Positions 13,331 through 25,430 of a stretch of 64,000 bases of DNA are shown here, piece by piece. The notes below the pieces were generated by a model. That model did no database searches. It worked only from the letters and a program-made list of their open reading frames with translations, and was not told the origin of the DNA. The position numbers were made by a program, and so were the translations under genes. The first letter of the stretch is position 1. Every line of letters begins with the position of its first letter. Location of the stretch: the NCBI RefSeq assembly GCF_001194135.2, contig NC_068988.1, forward strand, positions 2,906,879 to 2,970,878, read 5' to 3'. This stretch comes from Octopus bimaculoides. Taxonomy: Eukaryota.

Positions 13331-14780
13331 TCTTTTAATTTAGTTTGTTGTTTATGGTTCTTTGGTTCTTTATATTTTAAGACAGAACAGTAGATAATTA
13401 CGGATAGGTAGACAGAGCAGACAGCAACGTCTGTCATGTGACCAAATGTGGAGAACAGATGACATGTCACATGACCACCAGACAAGAGATAAAAGCCCAA
13501 TGTTATTTTGTTTGTCTATTAATTATCGTTTTATGGTTTTTTCATAATTATAATTTCATTTTGATGTTTGTTTTACATTAAAGAAATTGAAGGGAAATAA
13601 TGAGAAAAAAACAAACAAAACAGTTTATTGTTGTTTGGTATAACACAATGAGTTTATAAATTTAATGTGTGTATGTATGTGTGTGTGTGTGTATTTGTGT
13701 GCAGTACGTATAACACACAGATGCATGCACTCAGACACACACACACACAAGCACATAAATAGAGGATATAATACTGGAATACCAAAGTTAGAATGAAATA
13801 TGGTGTTTTATTGAAGCTTAAAAACTTCACAATTTGTTGCTCAAAGTTTGATGTAAGTAATCATCAGGGAGTAGTCTTCTGTCTGATGATAGGTTGTGTG
13901 AAAGTCTGAATTACAGTTTCTGAAGTTCTTTAGCTTTAATATGACACTAGTAAGATAGATAGAGAGAAAAGACAGGCAGAAATAAAGAAAGACAGACAGA
14001 TAGACAAACAGACAAATAAAAAAAATTGATAGATAGAGAGTTAAATAAATAGACAGACAAATATCAGAGATGTATTGTCTGTGTTAGCAAGGTAGGCAGT
14101 GCCTGCCCACATTAAACTCTAGATATTATTTGATACAAGAACCATATTAATTCCCATTCATTACAAACATATATAGGTTAATGCATGGAATAGAGGGTGT
14201 GATTCAGTCCATGGCCTGTATTTTGACATAAGATAGACATAATTTCTTCCTTGCACCTTTTAACTTCAATGTTTATAAAAGATGTAACACTTCTGAAACC
14301 AACTGACGTGTGTTCAGTTCCATTAGGCATTATATATGAGAAAAAAAAGGGCAGATTTCTTGGTGACAATTTCACTCAGTTCTATTAAAGAGTGTTGAAG
14401 ACTGGATATGTATTACACAGTATATCATTGGTGGTGGCAGCTTTATCTGTTGGCCTTAAATTTAAAAATGTCAACCATATCAGTCACAGAAATGATTGAA
14501 TACAAAATTTAGACTCATATAATACTAAAGCAACATAGATTTAAATTTTTACCTGCAGCAGTAAATGAATATTAATTAGCACGCCCAAATTAACCTGGAT
14601 GTGTTGTTTATCAAATCATAAACTGCAGTAAATGTCTTGAGAAGTCTTCATGTACGTCAGAGGTTCTTGCTATTTTTTGTTTATGGACACCTCTTTGATT
14701 CCTATTCTGTTGGGGTGGACCCTCATAAAAATCCCATTATATTTTAATAATTAAATATTACAAGAAATTGTATTCTTTTT

Positions 14781-14990
14781 CTTTTACTGCTACTTTACTC
14801 TTTTACTTGTTTCAGTCATTTGACTGCGGCCATGCTGGAGCACCGCCTTTAGTCGAGTAAATCGATCCCAGGACTTATTCGATGTAAGCCTAGTATTTAT
14901 GCTATCAGTCTCTTTTGCCAAATCTCTAGGTTACGGGGATGTAAACACACCAGCATCGGTCGTCAAGCCATGTTGGGGGGACAAATACAG

Positions 14991-15035
<45 letters not shown>

Positions 15036-15198
15036 TACGACGGGCTTCTTTCAGTTTCTGTCTACCAAATCTACTCACAAGGCTTTGGTTGGCCCAAGGC
15101 TATAGTAGAAGACACTTGCCCAAGGTGCCACACAGTGTGACTGAACCCTGAACCATGTGGTTGGTAAGCAAGTTACTTACCACACAGCTACTCCTACA
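14781..15198 (-). mobile_element. tRNA-derived SINE family C, near full length
   Basis: Reverse complement: head GTAGCTGTGTGGTAAG...GGTTCAGTCACAC (A/B boxes), central (TA)n/(TG)n, and tail GGTGCTCCAGCATGGCCGCAGTCAAATGACTGAAACAAGTAAAAGAG. Confidence 0.9.
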
Positions 15199-16119
15199 CA
15201 CAAAATTGTTAAAACATTTTGTGTGTTTTAGATGTATAAGTGATTTATTGCCCATATATTCATCAACAAAATCATATATTAACCCAAAGGTGACAAATGG
15301 GCCCCAGTTGAAAACCTTTAGTGTTGATAAGTGATTCAAAATAGCCGAATAGTTAATTTAGTCACATAATGATGGATAGCAACTAGAGCTAGTGAAATTC
15401 ACAAGCCCAGAGAATTGAGACACCCTTATATGGGATTGAACTTAGCTCTGCATGCTAACGTATCAGTTGTTAATATTGTGATTGTATCCTCTTCCATAAA
15501 AAGTGATCATGTGCAAAAGTTAGAAATCAATATTCTTATAATGCAGCTATTCACAATAACAGAATCATTTTGTTTCTATCACGCTGTTGATATTTACAGC
15601 AAGGTAGATGGGACCATTTGAGAATTCAGTGTTTTTACAGCTGCATACAATACAGAAACTAGCCAAATATCACAAGCATTTGCTCTGTAAGCTGGTTGTC
15701 TGATGCTCAGTGAATATGAGTGTATATATTCAAATGTTTACGTTTGTGTATGTGCCTTTGGCTTCATTGTCCCCATTCAAAAGTGGGAGCTGCTTTACCA
15801 GCTTATCCATCACTGCTGTTTATTAACGGCCATTCAGCTAATGAAGAACAAACTCTCCTACATCTGACATACATCAGTCATAAACAACATTGGGAAATTT
15901 GCCAGCAAGCTTTCGCCATGCATATCTGTAGCCAGTTTAGTTTTAAACAGGTTAGTATTAACATATCTAATGCAGGGAGAATGGAATAGATCACATGAAA
16001 CACCATTACGCGATAAGGAAAATGTAAAATGACAAGTCAATGCTAAAAATTATTTTCATCGAATGCTGTGAGTGAGCCATAACCTGATACTGTGGTCTTT
16101 CACTTCGTTGCTGTATAAG

Positions 16120-16204
16120 AAAAACACAGGACGTTTGCTCAATGTGAAGAGAGTTTGATCAAAAGCCTCCATGATCAAAGTAAGTTTCAGTTTAAACAAC
16201 AAAG
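16120..16204 (+). CDS. Weak candidate internal exon (KHRTFAQCEESLIKSLHDQSKFQFKQQ)
   Basis: AG at 16118-16119 after a modest pyrimidine tract, one open frame, two GTAAGT donors (16180 and 16205); the 16205 donor is phase-compatible with the 28269 exon. No homology recognised. Confidence 0.2.
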
Positions 16205-17599
16205 GTAAGTTTATGTGGTCACTTATCATTCTAGAAATAGCAACCAAATATCTTTCGAATAATGCTGTCTAACAAAACAGAAGCTCACAATGGATAATGT
16301 AATCCTTGGTATATTATTCCCAGAAAACAAAAAAGTGGGTAGTTAATGGCTTAAAAGTATTTGTGCAAAGGTCTGCTGGGTCAGCATTTATTTGTGGTCT
16401 AAACAACAACAAAAGCAATAACAACAACAACAATCTCGATGATCAAATATGCAGGCAATATGAAAGAGCTGCAAATGTTGCTAGGATATCTTTTATGAGT
16501 ATAATGTCCCATACATAGTGGAGAGGCTCTTGCACTGCATTAAAAATAATCTCTTGAAGATTGTAAATCATATACAAATTAATTCAAAGATTTACCACTA
16601 ATAAACCAAATCAGAAGATATTTATGATTTCTTAAATTAACCATTTATGAAGGTACAGAATTCAATACATGAAGAATGTCTCAACATTTGGTCCAGTGAT
16701 AGCGCAGCTAAGTACTTCATAAAGTTTCCTTACAAGAAGAATTACTGGACTCTGCAGATATAATATATACAATGCATATATGTTGTTATTGCCATTCCAC
16801 ATGTTATCTCTCTATATATAGAATTCTTTGTCTTTCTGTCTGTTCCCCATGCATTCTCAAATGGCTCAACCAAATCAAATCAAATTTTGCAAGGTAAGAG
16901 TATCACATCCTGCGAGTGTCAACATGAAATTCTTTTTTCATTTGGATTAGAACAATATAACATTGGCACTGGTTCGATATTAGGTGTCAAAAGTCAAAGA
17001 ATAAAAGTGAATGAATAAGATCTAAATTGTAATGTGATACATTATTTCACTTTTATACTTTCACTTTTAATTCTAAAGCCGACGACGATGTCACATTTTG
17101 TATATGACTGTGTAGTTGTCTGTGAGTGTATCAGTGTGAATACGTCTGTCAGTGTGTGTGTCTTTCCATGTTAGATATATTATTAAATACACAAACACAT
17201 CTACACATATATATATACATATGTGACGACTGACATGTGTAAATGCATGCTTGTATGTGTCTATCTTACTATATGCATATGAGGCCTGGCCAGTGTCAAT
17301 ATAAAATTTTATTTTCATTTCGAGTAAAACAATATAACATATCATAGATATGATCTTTCTATAGTCAACAGGACATTTTATACCACGATGACGATGACAG
17401 CATCACATTTTGCATATGACTATGTATCTGTCTGTGAGTGTATGTGTGTGAATGTATGAGTGTGTATATCCATCCCGTTCTTATAAAATTCATAATTCTG
17501 TCCAAATTGGTGTCTACACTCAAACTGTTGTTTCTGTAAAGCTTTAAAATTTTCAAATGAAACGAATGGCATGTGCTGCTCAGGTGGTAAGGTAAGATT

Positions 17600-17910
17600 G
17601 CCAACACTAGATGTGGCATCTCAAATTGTAGGTGCCCTAAGTATGATAAATAAAGGATGTCAGAAATATCTAGATAAAATCCCAGGAGAACCATGTCTCA
17701 GAAAAATCCCTAAGGTTGTGCTGACAAGTACTACCCACATCCTAAGGAAACTCCTATCAATTCAAATGTCTGTGTTGTATTACATGAAGATATTTCGCCA
17801 CTGCCCATGCAACTTCCCCCCACCTCAAGCTTTCAGTCATACTGTAACATCTCTTATCTTTCACTCACCTCAGGACACTGGGTGTGTTTTGGCAAATGAT
17901 TGTAACAAAC
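17600..17910 (+). pseudogene. R4/Dong-like (RLE-type) LINE 3' end
   Basis: MWHLK at 17611-17625, then IVGALSMINKGCQKYLDKIPGEPCLRKIPKVVLTSTTHILRKLLS, the typical C-terminus of R4/Dong-type ORFs (VGALG...T.HILRK.LS). Confidence 0.75.
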
Positions 17911-17912
17911 AT

Positions 17913-18172
17913 GCAGAACCGCTAAGTTACGGGGACATCAACACACCAACATTGGTTGTCAAGCGATGGTGTAGTGACAAACACAGACACACACACACAT
18001 ATATGTACGACGGGCTTCTTTCAGTTTCCATCTACCAAATCCACCGCCAAGGCTTTGGTGGGCCCAAGGCTATAGTAGAAGACACTTACTTGCCCAAGGT
18101 GCCAAGCAGTGGGACTGAACCCAGAACCATGTGGATGGGAAGCAAGCTTCTTACCACACAGCCACTCCTGCA
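17913..18172 (-). mobile_element. tRNA-derived SINE family C, 5' two-thirds
   Basis: GACGGGCTTCTTTCAGTTTCC...AAGGCTATAGTAGAAGACACTT...CTTACCACACAGCCACTCCTGCAC, highly similar to 14781-15198. Confidence 0.9.
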
Positions 18173-18187
18173 CATATATATGTTGTG

Positions 18188-18230
<43 letters not shown>

Positions 18231-18464
18231 ATGACCTTGAACCCACAAGAGTAAACAAGAGAGACAGAGACAGGCAGAAACAAGGAAAATGCCCCTTATA
18301 TTTGAATACTATGCAAATATTCTTTTATAAAACTTTTCATTTAATTTTCCCAAAATTTAATTGTTTACCATATTTAGAGTTGAAAAAGTCTCAATGACCG
18401 AAATCGGTACTAAAATGTTTTTTATAAAATTATCTTAGCATTTCTTACCTTCACCTTTTTTTCC

Positions 18465-18558
<94 letters not shown>

Positions 18559-19529
18559 CACAACATCTAAGTCAGCTTGGAAATAAAGACTGCCATTTTG
18601 TATTAATACTGCATCTGTCACTATTAATTATATATGTATGTATATGTGTATCTCTCTATACATATGCTTCAAAGAAGATCAATGTATCAAAGAATACTGA
18701 ATACATTAGAGACGTTTTGCTTTGTTAGGCCAACAGTTCAAGTCCTTAAGGAGTTATTTGGCTAGCTTTTCCTTTATCCCTGAGGCTTGTGAAATAATTA
18801 AAAATTAAATACTGATATAAGTACAATTATCTAAACACATCTCCAACCAGAAATATATTTTAGTGAGGAATGGTAGTTTCTGAAAATTAATTTTTGTTTT
18901 TGCCATCCGTCCAATATATTAGGAAAAGCCATCATTAAGCATATTAAATGCCATTTAGACAGCAATGCTTGTCTTCAATGTTGAAATGACTGTGAAGAAT
19001 TTTTTTAAAAAATCACTTTGATTCTCTGTGTAATACATAATAGATTCCTAACCTGTTAACCTTTTACTCTCTCTCCTGCAGCATTCCAACAGAGTAAAAG
19101 TATTTAACTCAGCTGTGCCACCTTGAAGCCAAACATAATTTTCTCTTCATTGGAAACCAGGTTATTTTTTCCTAATCAATCAATTTTTCCTTTAAATTCA
19201 GCCCCTTCAGTAATATTGGCTGGTGTTATTGGAAATTGTTCAGCAACAATTCTATCATAATTTTCTGATTCTTTCCTTTCATTTACATCATTAAGTTTTG
19301 GCCCATGATTGGAAATTTCAAAATTAATCATTGCTCACCACAAATGGCAAAGATATCTATATCCATTCCATGAGTTCTTCTTTTGTTTTTTTTTTAGTCA
19401 GAAAATAGAAGTGAAATGATCTCATTGATTAAGTATTGAACTATTGGCTCATGCATTTGAAGTTCATATCCTTGGAACACATTTCGGTGTATTTCTGAAC
19501 AACATTCTTTATTCTATTTTGCCTGGACA

Positions 19530-19668
19530 CAGGTGTGGCTGTTGTGCTTAGGAATTTCATTATCAAACGTAAGGTCTCAGGTTCAATACCAATACAAGTG
19601 TCTTCTTCTGTAGTTTCAGGCCAACCAAAGCCATATGAGTAGATTTGGTTGGAAGAAACTGAAAAAAG
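19530..19668 (+). mobile_element. Degenerate SINE family C 5' part
   Basis: CAGGTGTGGCTG...GGTTCAATACC...CAAGTGTCTTCTTCTGTAG...CCAAAGCCATATGAGTAGATTTGGT. Confidence 0.65.
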
Positions 19669-19673
19669 TGTGC

Positions 19674-19709
<36 letters not shown>

Positions 19710-20014
19710 ACATGGTTTGCTCTCGGGTCATGTGTGAAACTGAATTGCTACCATCTTATTGTGTTTCTGGACAAAAGCAACACTGTGCTGTATGGAGGTG
19801 GTTGACTTTGTTATCAGCAATAAGTGTTAGATATTCTAGGAATATTCAACCTCAAACCAAAGCCAACACCATACTGAGACTCTGGGACAATAATGGAACT
19901 GGAACATGTGTCTGTGAGTGATTGAGAAAAAGTTTGGGGAATAACGTTTGTTAAAAATTGAGCAGATGATTAACTAAATTCCATTTGTTACTGTCTTGTG
20001 GACATCATGTGCCT

Positions 20015-20400
20015 TCTTTCACTATTAATGCCCCAACTCTTCATTTAATCGAAGAATTTTTATCTCTTTCCTATGAGAATCTCAGAAACACCATTCTTTC
20101 TACTTTTACTGGTTACCAATTCTTTCTGTTTGGTAATTTTAATGCCAGGGTAGGTTGTGATTGTAGAACAACCTCATTGTGTTTCTGCCAGGTTGAAAAT
20201 CCATTTTGAATACGAGAGTCACTGTTGATGAAGTCTTTGAGGAAATTCCATGCTACATTTGTCACAAAATATTCAAAACAAAGTTAGGGATACGTAGTCA
20301 TGTGAAAGCCCATTGCAGAAAAGTTAACAAATCTGTAATAGGCATATGTCTGCAAGGATAAAATGGTTATGCTAATAATTGAATTGACAGCCACCATAAA
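20015..20400 (+). pseudogene. RTE-clade LINE remnant: APE endonuclease fragment next to C-terminal C2H2 finger
   Basis: TINAPTL...EEF...YENLRNTI...LFGNFNARVGCD (APE GDFNARVG motif), then CYICHKIFKTKLGIRSHVKAH at 20251-20313. Confidence 0.7.
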
Positions 20401-20591
20401 TAGTTGCACAGATATATCTAAAAGAGAAAAGGTGTTTTACTGTCTAAGCAAAAAGAACTTGGACATTCCCTAATGGCATCAGTGCTATCTGGCATCTCTG
20501 GAGAGAGAGAGTGAAACTAACAGAAGTTACCAAAATCAATGTAAATACTAAATAACAACTGATGAAAGCATTGTCACACAATGGAAGCAAT

Positions 20592-20834
20592 ATCATTATC
20601 ATCGTTTAACGTCCATTTTCCATGCTGGCATGGGTTGGGCGGTTTGACTGAGGACTGGCAGGCTTGGGAGTTGCACCAGGCTCAAATCTGATCAGACAAG
20701 GTTCCTACAGCTGGATGTTCTTCCTAAAGCCAACCACTCCGAGAGTGTAGTGGGTGTTTTTTACGTGCCACTGGTAAGGGTACCAGTCAGGCGGCACTAG
20801 CATCAACCATGTTCAGATGGTCCTCTTTATGTGC
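20592..20834 (-). mobile_element. RTE LINE 3' UTR copy (family A)
   Basis: ATCGTTTAACGTCCATTTTCCATGCTGGCATGGGTTGG...CTACAGCTGGATGTTCTTCCTAAAGCCAACCACTCCGAGAGTGTAGTGGGTG. Confidence 0.9.
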
Positions 20835-21256
20835 TGTGGACAAATACTAAAAATATATATGCATACAGGTATATGTATTTGTACATGCCAAAATGTGTGT
20901 GGGCACACAGACATAGAAGAGTAGTGTTCATTAGTAAAAGAGAACAGAAACTATGATACTCGTTGGTAAAAAAGCAGTGGCAACTCTCTCAGTTTTATTC
21001 TCAGGAGAAACATCGGTCACAGAAAAGATGCTGTCAGATCTTTGGCAGATTAACATAAAATCTGAATATTAGATGTGTTTGATATGCAGAAACAATGAAA
21101 ATCATGAACATCCATGAAATAAAGTTTGTTGAACTTTCCAGATGGTCTATCTGACGTCATTGATGATTTATATTAACTTGGTCAGTGATTCTCTGATCGA
21201 CAAATATCAGGTCTCCAATAATATTAGTAAAATATTTTGACTTCTTTATTAATAGA

Positions 21257-21385
21257 CAAGGCATGACCTCGTGGCTAAGTAAATGAGGTGCCGATCATAA
21301 GGACATAGATTCTGTCCCTTGCTTTATAGTCGCAATGTGTCCCTAGGCAAGAAACTTTACTTCATGTTGCTACAGTTCATTCAGT
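21257..21385 (+). mobile_element. Degenerate tRNA-headed SINE family F copy
   Basis: GGCAAGAAACTTTACTTCATGTTGCTACAGTTCATTCAG resembles the reverse complement of 26855-26990. Confidence 0.4.
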
Positions 21386-22375
21386 GAGAAAACATGAGTG
21401 TTAAGATTAAGAGAGGGCCTGGTCAGCACCTGGTCAGTATGACAGCATTTATATTCCAGTGGCCTGACCCAAATACATTCAGGCATGAAACAGGACACAT
21501 CTAGCAGTAGACTGTTGTATTCTGCCTTTAACTTTCACCTTTTATTAATGAGAAGACAAAATAGAGTTTATATCTATCTCATAATTCTTCTTTCTTCAAC
21601 CCTGGTTGTAGACAAGTTTAACAAGTTTAAATCCACCTGAAATCACAGTTGCATTAAATATAGCAATGTGTTTTCCCCATTATCACTCTTTCTCCTCTCA
21701 CCAAGAGAAACATTGTTGACTTATGTGGCATGCACCCTGACCAGAACAGAGCTGTGACGAAATGTTATGAAATAAAGTAAGAAAAGAGTGAAAAGAATTC
21801 ATGGAGTCAATTCCTTTTCTGTCTTTATCACTTTTTAACCACCAGGCCTAAGACCATGCTGTAGCACTGCCTTTACCCCTGTTCATAACAGCTTCTATTT
21901 TTGTTCAAAAAAAGTAGAATGATAGCAACATGAGTAAGAAGTAATGAGACATGGATATTAAATGTAGAAGAGCTACAATGAGTGAAGGGAAAGGCGCTTG
22001 GTATGATTGGTGATGGGGGATGGATAATGAGGGCTGGGTATTAAAAAAAATAGGTGTGAAGTGTCTGTGACAGAGAATGCATATGGAAGATGTGAGAAGA
22101 AATGGTGAGATGGAATCTCAGGAGATGAAATAATGCAGTCTCTCAATGAATGGCAATTTACCATAATTGCACAACAATCAATCATATGCTAACATGCAAG
22201 AATCAATGGTTTGGCTGAAGAGTAAGATAAGAGTGTGTGTATGTATGTATGTATGTATGTATGTATGCATGTATGCATATATGCATGTATGTATGTGTGT
22301 GTGTATGTATGTATGTATGTATGCATGTATGTATGCATGTATGTATGTATGTATGTATGTATGTGTGTGTGTATG

Positions 22376-22407
<32 letters not shown>

Positions 22408-22818
22408 TGCATATATGTATGTATGTGTGAATATATGCATTTATGCATGTATGTATGTAAGTATGTATGTATGTATGTATGGAGGATGGAGGTATGTATG
22501 TATGTATGTGTGTGTATATATGTATGCATGCATGTATGTATGCATTTATGTATGTATGTATGTAAGTATGTATGTATGTACTCACAGACACATTTATACA
22601 TTACATAAAACTCACACCTACATTTATGAATCTTCATAGAAATATACAGTTTGATAGATAGATTGATTGATGCATTTATTCAATATTCTAATTTTTCTAT
22701 ATTTCATTTTTGTTTCTGAAGTTATAATGATTTCTCCATTTATATAGCATATATATACTTATACATACATGTGCATGAATATATATATACATACATACAT
22801 ATATATATAAATAAATAA

Positions 22819-22892
<74 letters not shown>

Positions 22893-22919
22893 ATATATAT
22901 ATATATATANNNNNNNNNN

Positions 22920-22980
<61 letters not shown>

Positions 22981-23947
22981 GTACATACACACAGAGGCAT
23001 ATATATATTATATATGCACACGTATTTATGTACCTAACATATGTATATGTGTATACATGAAAACTGTGTGTGTGTGTGCGTGTGTGTTATCATTTATTAT
23101 ACTTACTAAATATGTCATATCTAATTGTGTGTTTTGTTTTATTCTTCTAAGGAACTCGTACCAGGCAGTTATTGAAAGAAAGAGAAATTATTAGTTTAAC
23201 TCCATTAAGATAAGAAAACTGCATCTACAGGAAATTGATGACATTACTCATTAAAATTATATGATTAGAATGTAGCAAAGTGAATTAATAACAAATTTTA
23301 GTCTCGGCCAATGACATCCTCTGCGTAATATTCAAACATAAGAGAAAGCAGATTTTATCAAGCAAACATCAAACATCAGTGGAGATGGCAGTTTTCTTTA
23401 TATTTTTCAAACCCAGAATTACAGTAATAAATCAGTAAATTGGTCTTTGTAACAAGCAGTAACTCTCGGTCATTGATTGAGTCAGTTCATTTTATCTTAA
23501 CTGCAGCAAAAGACAAAAGAGAAATAGCCTGCAATTTGTGAGAAAATTGAATGCACCATGTTTCTAATATATTCACCATTGATTTGACCTGGCTCTCAAT
23601 TCAAAGCTTTTCAATCAACATCTTTCTTTAAAATATGTATAAACAAATTAATATCCTCACACACTAACATTCTTTTTCTCACACAAGTACTTTGTTAAAA
23701 TTGATTTTTTTTTTGATACTATAAATTGAAAGTTATTTTTAAGCATGTTTGTCAAAATGTAACCACCCGAGTTGATAAGTTGGTTAGCATTTTTATTTCT
23801 TGTAAATTAGAAAGTTTATTTGTGGCATCCTTTTTTTCAAGACTGATGCCAGACAGGTAGGATACCAAAAATATTACCAACCAATATGCAAAATTTGCTT
23901 GCATATAAGAAGCAAGATATTGAGTGCCTGTAACTTTCTCAAAGCCA

Positions 23948-24007
<60 letters not shown>

Positions 24008-24044
24008 NNNNNNNNNNAACGTATATATATATATATATATATAT

Positions 24045-24078
<34 letters not shown>

Positions 24079-24910
24079 GATACTTAAATAGATTAATTAT
24101 AGGATTCAATAGAATCTTGGCACATCAATAGGTAGGATGCCAGAAATGGCTTGGTACAATAACATAGGATTCACCGGGAAGTAAAACAACCATGAAGATA
24201 TCGGGTTTTGACAGGGTGCTATAGATATGTAAGTACAAAATCCAATTTAAACCACAGATTTGATTCAGGGATGGTTCTAGTGTGACATAGGTAAAAAAAA
24301 GAACACGAATGAGGTTTAAAATTTGTGACAGCTGTTTCAATAGTATTTTATTGATGTATTCATAGATCACATCATATATAAGATGGAGAGTTTTATGCTA
24401 TGATGTAATATATGAATAAACTGATAAAATTGTACTGAAACAGCTATTATAAGTTTTAAATCCCTCTTGCAGTTCTTTCATAGATATATATACTAGCAGC
24501 TAAACCTGGTTTCATCAGGCCCGTTTAGATGATGTGGCTGTGATCGTTTTCGGTTAGGCATAATCAATAACAGTGTTTCTCAACCTTATCATTTCAGGTC
24601 CCCTGTTTCGATTGGAGCCTTTAGCTGTTTGAAGATTTCATCAACCTCCAGTCACAAAATGGCTTCAGGAGTTGTGAAGAAAGAATTTGTGCGTAATCTG
24701 TTTCTGAGGGCTATTCTATTGGATATATGTATAATCATTAAAACATTTATTTAATTATGAACAAAGAAAGAAATTATACATTAATCCCAATTTTTGTAAG
24801 CAGTTGTATCTGTAAAAATTTTATTTGCAGAGAGCAGAAATTGAAAGATATATGAAATGGACGTGCATGTGTGTGTGTGTGTATGTGAGAGAGAAAGATG
24901 GTGAGAAAGA

Positions 24911-25430
24911 GAAAGTAGCTCATCCTCAGATGTTTCCAGGAAATCCTCAGAATTTTCCAGGAAGACCAATCCTCGGAACTTTCCAGGAATTCCGTGGAAC
25001 TTTCCATGAAGTGCCATCCTCGAAACTGTCCAGGAAGTAGCTCATCCTCAAATGTTTCCGGGAAATCCTCGAAAATTTCCAGGAAGTACCACCATCGGAA
25101 CTTTCCAGGAAGTAGCTTATCCTCGGATATTTCCAGGAAACAAGCGGAACTTTCCAGGAAAGACCATCTTTGGAACTTTCCAGGAAGTAGCTCACCCTCC
25201 GATATTTCAAGGAAATCCTCAGAAGTTTCCAGGAAATATCACCCTCGGAACTTTCCAGGAAGTAGCTCGTCCTTGGATCTTCCCAGGAAATCCTCGGGAC
25301 TTACCAGGAAGTACCATCCTCTGGACTTTCCAGGAAATACCTCATCCTCGGATCTTTCCAGGAAGTACATCATCCTCTGATCTTTCCAGGAAGTCCTCGG
25401 AACTTTCCAGGAAGTCACCCCGGAACTTTC
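24911..25430. repeat. Higher-order minisatellite: 28+21+26 = 75-bp unit built on a TTTCCAGGAA core
   Basis: Parsing at each core gives A B C B C A B C A B C A B C A B C A A B C', with A = GTAGCTCATCCTCGGATN+core, B = ATCCTCGGAAC+core, C = GTACCATCCTCGGAAC+core. Confidence 0.95.

Noticed and set aside
14781-15198. tRNA genes at SINE heads
   Set aside because: A/B boxes are present, but there is no full cloverleaf and they continue into SINE bodies.
20251-20313. Host C2H2 zinc-finger gene of the octopus expansion
   Set aside because: Single finger, no TGEKP linker or tandem fingers, upstream stop at 20194-20196, and it sits beside an RTE endonuclease remnant.
24911-25430. CRISPR-like look (constant core with variable spacers)
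   Set aside because: Spacers are 11-18 nt, related to each other and periodic; the core is only 10 nt; eukaryotic context with no cas genes.
24911-25430. Heat-shock element array (GAAnnTTCnnGAA)
   Set aside because: GAActTTC is present, but the next GAA is 3 nt away (TTCcagGAA), out of HSE register.
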